From Spirochaetota bacterium (GTDB taxonomy: Bacteria > Spirochaetota > UBA12135 > COTS27 > CBDBHE01): a stretch of DNA of 64,000 nucleotides. The stretch spans positions 32,001 to 96,000 of the forward strand of contig CBDBHE010000008.1 in assembly GCA_965205605.1 (NCBI GenBank). The letters run 5' to 3'. The notes under the pieces were generated by a model that saw only the letters and a list, made by a program, of their open reading frames with translations, was not told where the DNA came from and searched no databases. The position numbers and the translations under genes were made by a program. Shown piece by piece: positions 1 through 11,277 of the stretch. Each line of letters opens with the position of its first letter. Within the stretch, counting starts at the first letter, position 1.

Positions 1-773
1 GAATTGATACAAGAAAATTAATTAAAATCATTCGTAACAAAGGTTGTCAAAAAGCAATCCTAACAACTCACAGAGAGAAAAAAAATGACCTGATTAAAAA
101 AGTAAAAAAATCACCTTCTATTATTAGCTTGGATCTTACAAAAAAAGTCGCTACAAAAAAAATTTATGAGTGGAAAGATAAATTTTTTAAAAAAAATAAC
201 ATTAAATACACTATTGGCATTATTGATTACGGCCTTAAAACTAATATCTTACGTTTATTATCAAAAAGAAATTGTAAATTAATTGTCTTTCCTCCTGATG
301 CTTCATTAAACAAAATTAAATCGTATCTTTTAGATGGGCTCTTGCTTTCTAATGGACCTGGGGATCCTTCTGTTGTTACCCATTCTATTAAAACAATTAA
401 ACAATTAATAGGTAAAATTCCTATTTTTGGTATTTGCTTTGGACATCAAGTCATCGGTCAAGCCTTGAATTTTAAAACTTATAAACTTAAATTTGGACAT
501 CGAGGTTGTAATCAACCTGTAAAAGACAAAAATTCTAAACAAATAAAAATCACTTCTCAAAATCATGGATTTGCAATTGATGAAAAGAAAAAAAATAAAA
601 AAATATTTAACCATATTCATTTAAATGATTTTACTATTTCTGGTATTGATTTACCTAATAAATACCTTCACTCTGTTCAATACCATCCCGAAGCTTCCCC
701 TGGTCCTCACGATGGAGAATCCTTTTTTGATCATTTTCTTTTTACCATAGATCATTTTAAAAATAATGCCTAA
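1..773 (+). CDS. carA: Carbamoyl-phosphate synthase small subunit (5'-truncated by window)
   Basis: Frame is open from base 3 ([11 protein letters not shown]...). Motifs [32 protein letters not shown]. Overlaps carB start. Confidence 0.97.
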   Translation, partial: IDTRKLIKIIRNKGCQKAILTTHREKKNDLIKKVKKSPSIISLDLTKKVATKKIYEWKDKFFKKNNIKYTIGIIDYGLKTNILRLLSKRNCKLIVFPPDASLNKIKSYLLDGLLLSNGPGDPSVVTHSIKTIKQLIGKIPIFGICFGHQVIGQALNFKTYKLKFGHRGCNQPVKDKNSKQIKITSQNHGFAIDEKKKNKKIFNHIHLNDFTISGIDLPNKYLHSVQYHPEASPGPHDGESFFDHFLFTIDHFKNNA

Positions 774-3700
774 GCGAAAAGATTTTAAAAATATCCTTAT
801 TATTGGGGCAGGGCCTATTGTCATTGGCCAAGCCTGTGAATTCGATTATTCTGGCACACAAGCTTGCAAAGCTTTGAAAGAAGAAGGCTATAAAATCATT
901 TTAATTAACTCTAACCCTGCAACAATCATGACCGACCCCAATATTGCTGATGTCACTTATATCGAACCTATTACACCTGAAAATATTAAAAAAATTATTG
1001 TTAAAGAAAAAGTTGAAGCTATCTTACCAACTATCGGAGGACAAGTCGCTCTTAATACAACTCTAAAAGTAGCAAAAGACGGAGATTTCTTAAAAAAACA
1101 TAAAGTAAAGCTCATTGGTGCTAATCTAAAATCCATTGAAAAAGCAGAAAATAGAGAACTCTTTAAAAAAACAATGAAAAAAATAGGCATTCGAACCTGT
1201 TTTTCAAAATTAGTTAAAAATCTTAAAGAAAGCAGTAAAGTTATTGATAAAGTTAAATTTCCTCTTGTTATAAGGCCTTCTTACACCCTAGGGGGAACCG
1301 GCGGCTCAATTGTCTACAACCTAGAAGAATATAAAGTAATGATAGAGAAAGGCTTAAAACTTTCTATGACTCATGAAGTCATTGTAGAACAATCTATCAT
1401 CGGATGGAAAGAATACGAACTAGAAGTAATGAAAGACTGTAAAGACAACGTTGTGATTATTTGTTCTATTGAAAACATTGATCCAGTAGGAATTCACACA
1501 GGAGATAGCATTACTGTTGCTCCTCAGCAAACATTAACCGATAAAGAATACCAAAATCTAAGAAATATGACCATAGATATTATACGAGAAATTGGGGTTT
1601 CAACAGGGGGAGCAAATGTACAATTTGCAGTCCATCCTGAAACAAGAGATATCATTGTCATTGAAATGAACCCTAGAGTTTCTCGTTCTTCAGCCTTAGC
1701 TTCAAAAGCAACTGGGTTTCCCATTGCAAAAATTGCTAGTAAATTAGCCATTGGTTACACCTTAGAAGAAATACCCAACGACATTACACAAACAACCCCT
1801 TCTTGTTTTGAACCTACCATTGATTATGTTGTCACTAAAATGCCTCAATTTGCTTTTGAAAAATTTCCTTCTGCTTCTGAAAATTTAAGCATTCAAATGA
1901 AATCAGTGGGTGAAACCATGGCCATCGGAAGAACTTTTAAAGAATCCTTTCAAAAAGCTTTTAGAGGGTTGCAAAAAGAAACTATCGGGTATGAAGGAGT
2001 AATTTTTTCTTATGAAAAAATTGATAAAATAAAAAATAAAAAAACAATCGAAACCATTTCTAAAGAAAACCAAGACTTAATGGAATCCTTACAAACAAAA
2101 ATTATTGAAAATCATTATAAAAAAATCAACTACATTAAAGATTGTTTTTTTCTTGGCTTATCTGTGGATAAAGTTTATTCTTTATCAAAAATTGATCCTT
2201 GGTTTTTACATCAACTTAAAGATATTGTTACTATTGAAAAACAATTTTGGGGGAAAAAACTTCAAAACACAACCCCAAAAGAACTATTAACTCTCAAACA
2301 AAATGGCTTTTCTGATCCTCAATTAAGTTTCCTTTTTAAAACCAGTACGACTTTAGTTAAGGAAAAGAGAAACACTTTAAATATTAAACCTAGTTTTAAA
2401 ATAGTAGATACCTGTGCAGGAGAGTTTTTGGCCAAAACTCCTTATTATTATTCCAATTATGATGAAGAAAATGACTATATTCCTTCAAAAAAAAAAGAAA
2501 AAATTATTATTTTAGGGAGTGGTCCCAACCAAATCGGACAAGGAATTGAATTTGATTATATGTGTGTTAAAGCCTCACTTGCTCTAAAAAAAATGAAATA
2601 TGAGTCTATTATTATTAATTCTAATCCAGAGACCGTTTCAACAGATTATGATGTTTCCGATGCTCTTTTTTTTGATCCTCTTACTTATGAAGATGTTTTT
2701 GAAATCATTGATTTTATCAAACCAAAAGGAATTTTAATTCAATTTGGAGGTCAAGTCCCTCTTAATTTAAGTCAAAAATTAAATGATGCTGGCATCCCTA
2801 TTTTAGGAACTCAATCAAAAAATATTTCTATGGCAGAAGATAGAAAAAAATTTAAGAAAATCTTAAATCAACTTCAATTTAAACAACCCACTAGTGCTAT
2901 TATTTATTCTTTAAAAGAAGCTCTTGCTTTTTTAAAAAAAATTGATTTCCCTCTCCTTATTCGTCCTTCTTTTGTCTTAGGAGGCAGAGCAATGGAAATC
3001 GTTTATAATCAAACAGATTTTAATAAATACATTTTAAAAGCAATTAGACTTTTTCCTAATCAACCGATTTTAATTGATAAATATCTTGAAAATGCAATCG
3101 AATTAGATGTTGACGCTATTTGTGATGGACAAGAAACCGTCATTTGTGGCATTATGGAGCATATCGAAGAAGCAGGAATTCATTCTGGGGATTCAGCTTG
3201 CGTGCTACCTCCTTATTCTATTAGCCCACCCATTATTGAAAAAATTAAACAACAAACAAGTCAAATAGCAAAAAAAATTAATGTAAAAGGACTCATTAAT
3301 ATTCAATTTGCTCTCAAAGAAAACGAACTCTATATTTTAGAAGTTAACCCAAGGGGTTCTCGAACGATTCCTTTTGTTAGTAAAGCCACTGGTATTGATT
3401 GGGTTAATATAGCTACAAAAGTGATTTTAGAAAAAAGCATCAAAAAACTTAAAGTTCAAAAAAATTGTTGGGAAAAGCTTAATTACACTAATATTAAAGA
3501 AGTTATTTTTCCTTTTGACAAATTTCAAGAAGAAGACACTTTACTTGGACCCGAGATGAAATCTACAGGAGAAGTAATGGGTATCGGAAAAAATTTAGGG
3601 GAAGCTTATTATAAAGCTCAAGAAGCCATTTACCAAAACCTTCCTTTGAAAGGAAGCCTCTTAGTGACTGTAAAATCAAAAAATCATTTAGATATTATTC

Positions 3701-4053
3701 ATTCTTGTCGGTCTCTTTATCAAGCAGATTTTAAAATTTATGCCACAGAGGGAACTGCCAATTTTTTAAAAGAACATCATATTGATAACCAATTTATTCA
3801 TAAAATGGGCGAAGGAAGACCTGATATTAGAGACATTATTTTAAATAGTGAGATCAAACTTATTTTTAACATTCCCATAGGAAAAAAAGCTAAAAAAACA
3901 GATCGCTATATTCGTACTTTAGCTCAACAACATCGCATCCCTATTGTTACAACAATTTATGGAATAAAAGCAACAACAGAAGCTATTACCACAAAAAAAA
4001 AACGAGATTTTAATGTTCGTTCTATTCAAAAAGATATCTTTAAAAAAAAATGA
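766..4053 (+). CDS. carB: Carbamoyl-phosphate synthase large subunit
   Basis: MPKR...[23 protein letters not shown], duplicated ATP-grasp halves, C-terminal MGS domain. Confidence 0.98.
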   Translation: MPKRKDFKNILIIGAGPIVIGQACEFDYSGTQACKALKEEGYKIILINSNPATIMTDPNIADVTYIEPITPENIKKIIVKEKVEAILPTIGGQVALNTTLKVAKDGDFLKKHKVKLIGANLKSIEKAENRELFKKTMKKIGIRTCFSKLVKNLKESSKVIDKVKFPLVIRPSYTLGGTGGSIVYNLEEYKVMIEKGLKLSMTHEVIVEQSIIGWKEYELEVMKDCKDNVVIICSIENIDPVGIHTGDSITVAPQQTLTDKEYQNLRNMTIDIIREIGVSTGGANVQFAVHPETRDIIVIEMNPRVSRSSALASKATGFPIAKIASKLAIGYTLEEIPNDITQTTPSCFEPTIDYVVTKMPQFAFEKFPSASENLSIQMKSVGETMAIGRTFKESFQKAFRGLQKETIGYEGVIFSYEKIDKIKNKKTIETISKENQDLMESLQTKIIENHYKKINYIKDCFFLGLSVDKVYSLSKIDPWFLHQLKDIVTIEKQFWGKKLQNTTPKELLTLKQNGFSDPQLSFLFKTSTTLVKEKRNTLNIKPSFKIVDTCAGEFLAKTPYYYSNYDEENDYIPSKKKEKIIILGSGPNQIGQGIEFDYMCVKASLALKKMKYESIIINSNPETVSTDYDVSDALFFDPLTYEDVFEIIDFIKPKGILIQFGGQVPLNLSQKLNDAGIPILGTQSKNISMAEDRKKFKKILNQLQFKQPTSAIIYSLKEALAFLKKIDFPLLIRPSFVLGGRAMEIVYNQTDFNKYILKAIRLFPNQPILIDKYLENAIELDVDAICDGQETVICGIMEHIEEAGIHSGDSACVLPPYSISPPIIEKIKQQTSQIAKKINVKGLINIQFALKENELYILEVNPRGSRTIPFVSKATGIDWVNIATKVILEKSIKKLKVQKNCWEKLNYTNIKEVIFPFDKFQEEDTLLGPEMKSTGEVMGIGKNLGEAYYKAQEAIYQNLPLKGSLLVTVKSKNHLDIIHSCRSLYQADFKIYATEGTANFLKEHHIDNQFIHKMGEGRPDIRDIILNSEIKLIFNIPIGKKAKKTDRYIRTLAQQHRIPIVTTIYGIKATTEAITTKKKRDFNVRSIQKDIFKKK

Positions 4054-5453
4054 AATTTAAAAAAGAAAAAAAAGAAGAATGTGGTATTTTTGGCATCAGT
4101 AACTCTAAAGAAGCTGTTTCATTAACTGTAATGGGGCTATTTGCTCTACAACACAGAGGTGAAGAAGCTTGTGGGATAACGTATTCTAATGAAAAAAAGA
4201 TTATTTCTAAAAAAGGCAAAGGGCTAGTTAACGAAGTTTTTTCTAAAATTAAACTCAATGAATTAAAAGGAGAATTAGCCATTGGTCATAATCGATATTC
4301 AGTGACAGGAAGCTCAGCTTCAACGTTTAATATCCAACCTCTTGTAGCAGAACATATCAAAGGAAGTGTTGCTATTGCTCATAATGGCAACATTACTAAT
4401 GCTAAAAAGCTTAAAATGAAATTAGAACAAAAAGGTTCGGTTTTTCAAACAGGAATGGATACAGAAATTTTTCTTCATTTAATTGTAACTTCACCTTTTA
4501 AATCGATTAAAGATTCTATTTTAGATGCGATTAAACAAGTAGAAGGTGCTTTTTGTTTACTAATCATGACAAAAAATACTCTTTATGCAACAAGAGATAA
4601 ATATGGTTTACGGCCTTTATGTATTGGGAAGTTAAAAAATTCTTTTGTTATCTCTTCTGAAACGTGTGCATTAGACCTTATTGGAGCAAAGTACACAGGT
4701 CAAGTGAACCCAGGAGAATTAGTTACCATCAAAAAAGATATCTTAAAAAGAGAATTTTACACCAAAAGACCTCAAGAAAAAAAATGTATTTTTGAGCTTA
4801 TTTATTTTTCAAGACCTGACTCTCTTATTTTTGGAGAATCTGTTTATCAATTTAGAAAAAGAGCGGGTAAAATTTTAGCTCAAGAAGCCCCTGTCAAAAA
4901 TGCTGATATGATTATTCCTGTTCCAGACTCTGGAGTTCAATCTGCTTTAGGTTATGCAGAAGAATCCAAAACTCCTTTTGAAATGTCCATTACCAGAAAC
5001 CATTATGTTGGTAGAAGTTTTATTCAACCTAATCAAGCAATAAGGGAATCGTTTGTTAAAATCAAATTAAACCCTATCAAAAATATTATTGAAAACAAGA
5101 AGATTGTTTTAGTTGATGATTCTATTGTAAGAGGAACAACAACAAAACAAAAAATAGAAGCTTTTAAAAAAACAGGTGTAAAAGAAATCCATATGCGTAT
5201 TGCTTGCTCTCCTTTAAAACATTCTTGTTATTATGGGGTTGATTTTCCTGATCAAAAAAAACTTATTGCTCATAAGAAAACAGTTGAACAAATTAGAAAA
5301 TTTTTAGGATTAGACTCTTTAGCTTACTTAAGTTTAGAAGGTTTATTAAAAGCAAGTGAAAACTCTAATTTTTGTGAAGCTTGCTTTACAGGAAATTACC
5401 CAATTAAAGTTGATTTTGATTCTAAAAAAGAACAACTGGAAAATCAAAATTGA
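4050..5453 (+). CDS. purF: Amidophosphoribosyltransferase (propeptide, Fe-S type)
   Basis: KEECGIFG after a short propeptide, [15 protein letters not shown], Cys ligands in CIFE / CYYG / CEAC. Confidence 0.97.
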   Translation: MKFKKEKKEECGIFGISNSKEAVSLTVMGLFALQHRGEEACGITYSNEKKIISKKGKGLVNEVFSKIKLNELKGELAIGHNRYSVTGSSASTFNIQPLVAEHIKGSVAIAHNGNITNAKKLKMKLEQKGSVFQTGMDTEIFLHLIVTSPFKSIKDSILDAIKQVEGAFCLLIMTKNTLYATRDKYGLRPLCIGKLKNSFVISSETCALDLIGAKYTGQVNPGELVTIKKDILKREFYTKRPQEKKCIFELIYFSRPDSLIFGESVYQFRKRAGKILAQEAPVKNADMIIPVPDSGVQSALGYAEESKTPFEMSITRNHYVGRSFIQPNQAIRESFVKIKLNPIKNIIENKKIVLVDDSIVRGTTTKQKIEAFKKTGVKEIHMRIACSPLKHSCYYGVDFPDQKKLIAHKKTVEQIRKFLGLDSLAYLSLEGLLKASENSNFCEACFTGNYPIKVDFDSKKEQLENQN

Positions 5454-5487
5454 ATTTCAATACTTCTAAAAAACACCTTTAACCTCA

Positions 5488-6228
5488 ATGAAAATTATTG
5501 CTATTATCCCTGCTAGAAAAAACTCTACTCGTCTACCCAATAAACTTTTAATAACCATTAATAATAAACCTATTATTCAACACACTTATGAAGGTATTTT
5601 AAATTATAAAAAAATAGAAAAAATTATTGTTGCTACAGATGATTCTGAAATTAAAAAAACAGTAGAAAATTTTGGTGGAATAGCTCTAATGACTTCTAAA
5701 AACCACTCAACCGGTTCGGATAGAATTTGTGAAGTCGTTAAGAAAATAAAGCCTTTTGATCTTATTTTAAATATTCAAGGAGATGAGCCTCTCGTTAATA
5801 AAAATCTCATTCATTCTCTTATAACTCCTTTTTTAGAAAATCACTCAAAACAAAAAAAAGTAAGTACACTTATAAAAAAAATAACCCACTTAAAAGAAAT
5901 TGAAAATCCCAATATTGTCAAAGTTGTTACTTCCGATGATCAAAAAGAAGCTCTTTATTTCTCTAGATCTCCTATTCCTTACAATCGAGGAAAAAAAGCT
6001 AATATCACTTATTACAAACATATCGGTCTTTACGCTTATGAAAAAAACTTTTTACTTAAATTTAATCAGTATCCCCAAACACCTTTAGAAAAAAGCGAAA
6101 ACTTAGAGCAACTTCGTATTCTAGAAATGAAAGAAAAAATCTTTATAAAAGAAACAACTGAAGAAACAATCGATATTAATACTAAAGAAGATTTAACACG
6201 TCTTAAAAAATATTTTCAAAAAGATTGA
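5488..6228 (+). CDS. kdsB: 3-deoxy-manno-octulosonate cytidylyltransferase
   Basis: IIPARKNSTRLPNK, NIQGDEP, LYFSRSPIP, KHIGLYAY, LEQLRIL. Confidence 0.95.
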   Translation: MKIIAIIPARKNSTRLPNKLLITINNKPIIQHTYEGILNYKKIEKIIVATDDSEIKKTVENFGGIALMTSKNHSTGSDRICEVVKKIKPFDLILNIQGDEPLVNKNLIHSLITPFLENHSKQKKVSTLIKKITHLKEIENPNIVKVVTSDDQKEALYFSRSPIPYNRGKKANITYYKHIGLYAYEKNFLLKFNQYPQTPLEKSENLEQLRILEMKEKIFIKETTEETIDINTKEDLTRLKKYFQKD

Positions 6229-7223
6229 TAGGGTAATTTTAAGTTAGTAAAAAATTGAGTTTTTTGCTTTAAAATAGCTTGCTTAAATAAAAAATCAATT
6301 TTTTCATCAAAAATTTTTTTCTTTTTTTCTGATATAATAATATTTTTTACAATAACAGATGCCTTTTTATAAGGAACCAAGCCATCTGTTTTGATATCTT
6401 TAACTTTATACAAATAAAACCCATTGGGAGTTGATATAATAGGCGTTATCGACCCTTTTTTAGCCTTTTGCAGCACTTCAATCTTTCTTTTTTCAGTTCT
6501 TCCAAGCTCTAAAAGAATGATCCAACCTAGATCTCCTTTAATTCCTTTCGAGCTAATATCATCACTATATTTTGAAACAGCTTCTTCAAAAGAGATTTTC
6601 TTATTTCTTAAACGATCAAGCACTTTTTGAGCTTGTTTTTTGATTGCTTTTTGCTCTAAAAAACCCATCCCTTCAATGATTTCAAAAAAAATAACGGATA
6701 AAGAATATAAAGGGGTATCTTCTTTAATTAAAAATTTTTCTTTATTTTTTTTATAAAAGTTTCGTATTTCTATTTCTGTTGGCTCTTGAACAAAAATAGA
6801 TCGCCCTACAAATGACTGAACATATAAACTGTTTTCTTGACTTTCATAAAAAAAGTCAAAATCAATTCCTTCTCTTTCTTCCAAGTATCTTTTTAGCGTT
6901 TCAATATCTTTAAGTCCATTAGAATTAACCATTCTATTAATCTGATTAGTAACATCGACACCACTAATAAAAATACCTGTACGAATGGCTTCTTGTTTAA
7001 TAAGATGATTAACAATCATATTGGAAATAATAAAATGATCATAGTTGTCTATTCCAAGGTTTTTTTTAATTGCAGGATCCTTTAAAGTATTTTTTTTCTG
7101 CCTTTCAAAATCCATTTTTGTAATAATATTGTTATTAACAATAAAATAAATTTCTTCAATGACTTCTGAAAAAACAGAAATATTAAAAAACAAAAAACTA
7201 ATTAAAAAAAACTTTAATTTCAT
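6216..7223 (-). CDS. SurA-like periplasmic chaperone / parvulin PPIase
   Basis: Signal peptide, VNNNIIT SurA-N motif, parvulin motifs FEEAVSKYSDD...GDLGW and STPNGFYLYKV. Confidence 0.85.
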   Translation of the reverse strand: MKLKFFLISFLFFNISVFSEVIEEIYFIVNNNIITKMDFERQKKNTLKDPAIKKNLGIDNYDHFIISNMIVNHLIKQEAIRTGIFISGVDVTNQINRMVNSNGLKDIETLKRYLEEREGIDFDFFYESQENSLYVQSFVGRSIFVQEPTEIEIRNFYKKNKEKFLIKEDTPLYSLSVIFFEIIEGMGFLEQKAIKKQAQKVLDRLRNKKISFEEAVSKYSDDISSKGIKGDLGWIILLELGRTEKRKIEVLQKAKKGSITPIISTPNGFYLYKVKDIKTDGLVPYKKASVIVKNIIISEKKKKIFDEKIDFLFKQAILKQKTQFFTNLKLPYQSF

Positions 7224-7996
7224 TTTTTAATAGATTCAATTGTGATTTTTGGAAAAATTTTAAGAGCAATATTATTGAAAATTTCATTTTTGTCATTAGT
7301 AAAAATTTTGATTTTTCCTTTTTTTTGATTTGATTTAAGACTTTTTTCTTCCATCGTTTTTAAAACATATTTTGCAGTTGCTAAAGTAGAATCAATAATA
7401 TTTAACTTAGGATAAAGATTTTTAATTTTTTTTTTTATAAAAGGATAATGAGTACAGCCTAAAACTAAAGTATCAATTTTTGAAATTATACCATCTAAAT
7501 ATTCTTTAATAATTAATTTTAAAATATTTTCATTAGAAAAATTTTCTTCTATTAAAGGAACAAAAAGAGGACAAGCTTTCTCTAAAACCACACTTTCAAC
7601 ATTAATGGATTTTATTGTTCTCGAATAAGCCTTAGAAGTAATCGTCCGATAAGTCCCAATAATTCCAATTTTATTACTGTTTAAAGCTGCTTCTTCACAA
7701 ACAGGGTAAATAACCCCAATAACAGGAAATGGACTATTTTTTTTTAGCTCTTTAACGGCAATTGCCGTACTTGTATTACAAGCAACAACAAGCATTTTAA
7801 TGCCTTGTTTTTCCAAAAATTGACGATTGTTAAGACTATACTCTATAATAGATTCTTTGCTTTTATTCCCATAAGGAACATGTGCAGAATCTCCAAAATA
7901 AAGAAGATTTTCATTAGGGAGTAATCGATAAATTGCTTGTGCAACTGTCAAACCCCCTACTCCAGAATCAAAAATACCAATCGATAAATTATTCAT
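7220..7996 (-). CDS. murI: Glutamate racemase
   Basis: IGIFDSGVGGLTV, VACNTS, LGCTHYP. Confidence 0.97.
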   Translation of the reverse strand: MNNLSIGIFDSGVGGLTVAQAIYRLLPNENLLYFGDSAHVPYGNKSKESIIEYSLNNRQFLEKQGIKMLVVACNTSTAIAVKELKKNSPFPVIGVIYPVCEEAALNSNKIGIIGTYRTITSKAYSRTIKSINVESVVLEKACPLFVPLIEENFSNENILKLIIKEYLDGIISKIDTLVLGCTHYPFIKKKIKNLYPKLNIIDSTLATAKYVLKTMEEKSLKSNQKKGKIKIFTNDKNEIFNNIALKIFPKITIESIKK

Positions 7997-8005
7997 CTTA
8001 AAAAA

Positions 8006-8842
8006 TTATAAAAGTTGGATCATTTTTTTAATATTAAATTTTTTATTAGTCCAAAGTTGATATTGCATCGAAGCTTGATTAATAAACATTTTTCTACCAT
8101 CTAAAATAGTAGCTCCTTTTTTTTTCGCTTCTTTTAAAAATTTCGTTATTAGTGGATTATAAATAATATCATAAGCAAACATCTTCGAATCAAAAAACGT
8201 ACTAGAAATAGGACTTTGATCAATATTAGGAAACATCCCAATTGGAGTCGTATTAATAATAATCGTATGCGTTTTATTGTTCAAATTTGAAAGTTCATCA
8301 AAATTATAAACTTGACATTCACATCCGTAAGAGCGAATCTTTTTTTGAAGAAGAGTACTTTTTTTTTTATTTCTAACGCAAAAGTCTATTTGACAATGAC
8401 CATACTCATACGCCATCGTAATACTAATCCCTCTTGCTGCTCCACCAGCACCTAAGATTAATATTTTTTCTTTTAACCAATTCAAACGAACTGCTTTTAA
8501 AGCACTAATAGCCCCTAGCCCATCAAAATTATAACCTTCTGTAATCCCATTTTTAAAAATTACCGTATTAATCGCCTCAATTTCTAAAGCCAATGGACTT
8601 AGTTGATCAACTTGATTTTTTAGTTCTTCTTTATAAGGAAGTGTCACTGACAAACCCTTTATATTTAAAGTAGATGCCAATTTTAAAAAATGCTTTATTT
8701 TTTTTTTATCAATATCAAAGGCAACGTAAACAGCATTAATACGATCTTTTTTAAAAGCTTCATTAAAAATAAGAGGTGATTTTGAATGCTTTATAGGACA
8801 TCCTACAACCCCATATAAACTAGTGTGTGCATCAATTTTCAT
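8006..8842 (-). CDS. aroE: Shikimate dehydrogenase
   Basis: GCPIKHSKSP, SVTLPYK, AINT, GAGGAARG, INTTPIGM, DIIYNP. Confidence 0.95.
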   Translation of the reverse strand: MKIDAHTSLYGVVGCPIKHSKSPLIFNEAFKKDRINAVYVAFDIDKKKIKHFLKLASTLNIKGLSVTLPYKEELKNQVDQLSPLALEIEAINTVIFKNGITEGYNFDGLGAISALKAVRLNWLKEKILILGAGGAARGISITMAYEYGHCQIDFCVRNKKKSTLLQKKIRSYGCECQVYNFDELSNLNNKTHTIIINTTPIGMFPNIDQSPISSTFFDSKMFAYDIIYNPLITKFLKEAKKKGATILDGRKMFINQASMQYQLWTNKKFNIKKMIQLL

Positions 8843-9746
8843 AGAGGTTTTTTAGACTGAAAATCATTTCTGAAAAAAAATTAGGTATTGGTAAATTAAA
8901 AGACATCATCTTTTTTGCTACAGGATGTTTGAAAGAAAGGCATTTTGAAAACAAATACAACTGATCTCCTTTTTTATAATAACGACTATAAAGAGCATCT
9001 CCAACAATAGGATGATTAATATGAGAAAAATGAACTCTAATTTGGTGAGTTCTTCCTGTAGAAGGGGTTACTTTAATTTGGGTAAAACCATCAAAATATT
9101 TAACAACTTCATAATAAGTAATTGCTTCTTTCCCATCTTTCTTCACCGTTCTTTTTAAAGGATTTTTAAGACTCACTCCAATAGGAAAGTCAAGTATTCC
9201 TTTTCCTTTATAGTGATTACCTTTTAAAAGAGCTAGATATTCTTTTTTTACGATTCGTTTTTTAAATTGTAAAATAAGATCATAAGCTACTTTCTTATTT
9301 TTTGCCATCACCATCAGTCCAGACGTTTCTTTATCCAAACGATGGACAATTCCTTCCCTAAGATTATTTTCTAAATTAAAAAGATAATTTTTTCTATTAA
9401 TGAGACAATTAAAAAGAGTTTCTTTTTCTAAAAAAGAAGTCGGGTGTGTTTTTATTTTAGCAGGTTTATTAACAACCCAAATAACATCATCTTCATAAAT
9501 TGTTTTTATTTTAAGCTCTTCAGCATTATTTTTAAAGCAACAAAAAGGCCTAGCTTTCTCTAATAAAAGCAAAATCTCATCTCCTTTTTTAACTTTATAT
9601 GTAGGTTTAATTTTTTTTTCATTAACATATAAATGACATGTTTCTTTTTTCAAACTAGATTTAGAAAAAATGACTTTTTTAATATTCAAAAGATAATCAT
9701 CAATTCTAATAGGTAAAGAATGCTGACAAGTAAACTGATGCCGCAT
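8832..9746 (-). CDS. RluA/RluD-family pseudouridine synthase
   Basis: S4-like N-terminus, VNKPA, IVHRLDKETSG, TGRTHQIRVH, GDALY. Confidence 0.93.
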   Translation of the reverse strand: MRHQFTCQHSLPIRIDDYLLNIKKVIFSKSSLKKETCHLYVNEKKIKPTYKVKKGDEILLLLEKARPFCCFKNNAEELKIKTIYEDDVIWVVNKPAKIKTHPTSFLEKETLFNCLINRKNYLFNLENNLREGIVHRLDKETSGLMVMAKNKKVAYDLILQFKKRIVKKEYLALLKGNHYKGKGILDFPIGVSLKNPLKRTVKKDGKEAITYYEVVKYFDGFTQIKVTPSTGRTHQIRVHFSHINHPIVGDALYSRYYKKGDQLYLFSKCLSFKHPVAKKMMSFNLPIPNFFSEMIFSLKNLYEN

Positions 9747-10283
9747 TTAAAAAGATGATTGATAAAAGCTCATATCATAGCGATAACGATACTGATCTTT
9801 AGAATTTAGATAAGTAGATAATTCAGATTTAAAAAGTTTTTCAATAGGATAGTTAAAAGAAATCACCCCCGACCACAAAATAGGATTAATCCAAATAAAA
9901 AGGTTACTAGGAATAAAAAAATTATTAATCGTCCCTGTCGGTCTCAGACCAACAGACCCTGTCGGTCTATAACCATTTAAAATAATGGTTATATCAATTA
10001 TATTTAAGAAAATATTATTTAAAAAATTTGTATATAAAATAGTAAAAGGAAGTGAAATAAAAAAAATGATCTCACTTTTTCTAAAAAAATCAATCGATTC
10101 TTTTTGGGTATTTTCTTCTAAATAAAGATTTGGGACTGAAGAGATGGCTGGTTCATTAAGAGACAACTTAAATAAAAGAGAAGAATCTTGTATAAAAAAA
10201 TCTTTATGATCGTAAGCAAAAAGATTTAAATGAACCCAAAGAAAAAAAAAGGTTAAAAAGAACTTAGTTAAAATATTTCTCAT
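9747..10283 (-). CDS. Hypothetical membrane/exported protein
   Basis: 178-aa ORF coupled to mtnP and the RluA gene. Signal-like N-terminus and hydrophobic segments. RKSEIIFFISLPF resembles a motif I recall in spirochaete hypotheticals. Confidence 0.65.
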   Translation of the reverse strand: MRNILTKFFLTFFFLWVHLNLFAYDHKDFFIQDSSLLFKLSLNEPAISSVPNLYLEENTQKESIDFFRKSEIIFFISLPFTILYTNFLNNIFLNIIDITIILNGYRPTGSVGLRPTGTINNFFIPSNLFIWINPILWSGVISFNYPIEKLFKSELSTYLNSKDQYRYRYDMSFYQSSF

Positions 10284-11127
10284 ACAAAGGTCCTAGTCTT
10301 TCTTTGATTTCTTTTGAAATAAGTGACTTATCAGTAACAATTGCATTGCTAGCGGCATGCATGTGTTCACAATCTGGTAATTCATTTAAAGCTGTAACCA
10401 TTGGAACGATTAAAGACTTAACAGTATTGGTATTTTTGATCATATGTTTCATAACGTGTTCGACAGAGACGGTCTTTTCATCTTCTTTCCAGCAATCGTA
10501 ATCAGTTGTCATGGCCAAGAGAGCGTAACACATTTCTGCTTCACGAGCCAATTTTGCTTCAGGAATAGCCGTCATCCCAATGACAGACGCTCCCCAAGAA
10601 CGATAAAGATTACTTTCTGCAATGGTTGAAAAAGCAGGCCCTTCCATACAAACATAAGTGCCTTCTTTATAAACAGGGTATTTATTATTCTTTAAAACTG
10701 TATAAATTGCCTTTCTTATTTTCTCACAAAAAGGCTCCGAAAAAGAAACATGACCAACAATTCCTTTTTCAAAAAAAGTAGAAACCCTTGATTTGGTACG
10801 ATCGATAACTTGATCAGGCAACACAAAGTCTTCAGGGTGAATATTTTCTTTCAAACTCCCAATAGATGAAATCGAAAGTACTTTTTTAACACTAAGCTTC
10901 TTAAGAGCAAAAATATTAGCTCGATAAGGGATTTCAGATGCGGTTAAAGCATGCCCTTTTCCATGGCGAGTTAAAAAAGCAACATTGACACCTTCAATCT
11001 CAAAGCATTTAATACTACTTGAAGGTTTTCCATAAGGAGTCTCTAAGTTAATTTCTTCTAATAGCTTTATCTCTTCAAAGTCATAAATACCACTGCCACC
11101 AATAATGGCAATATCGATATTTTTCAA
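10264..11127 (-). CDS. mtnP: S-methyl-5'-thioadenosine phosphorylase
   Basis: IIGGSG, ETPYGKPS, RHGKGH, MEGPAFSTIAES, GMTAIPEAKLAREAE, TDYDCW. GGAGA RBS before TTG. Confidence 0.95.
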   Translation of the reverse strand: MKNIDIAIIGGSGIYDFEEIKLLEEINLETPYGKPSSSIKCFEIEGVNVAFLTRHGKGHALTASEIPYRANIFALKKLSVKKVLSISSIGSLKENIHPEDFVLPDQVIDRTKSRVSTFFEKGIVGHVSFSEPFCEKIRKAIYTVLKNNKYPVYKEGTYVCMEGPAFSTIAESNLYRSWGASVIGMTAIPEAKLAREAEMCYALLAMTTDYDCWKEDEKTVSVEHVMKHMIKNTNTVKSLIVPMVTALNELPDCEHMHAASNAIVTDKSLISKEIKERLGPLYEKYFN

Positions 11128-11277
11128 ACTAATATCTCCGTTTTCAAATAGCTTTTTTAACCGTTGCTAATTGTAACATTAAGTCAAAAAAAGAAGCAAT
11201 ATAAAAATAAAACAACCATTGCAAATCATTAACAGTTGATTTTCTTAATAAATGATAATATTTTTGTTGTATTGCTA

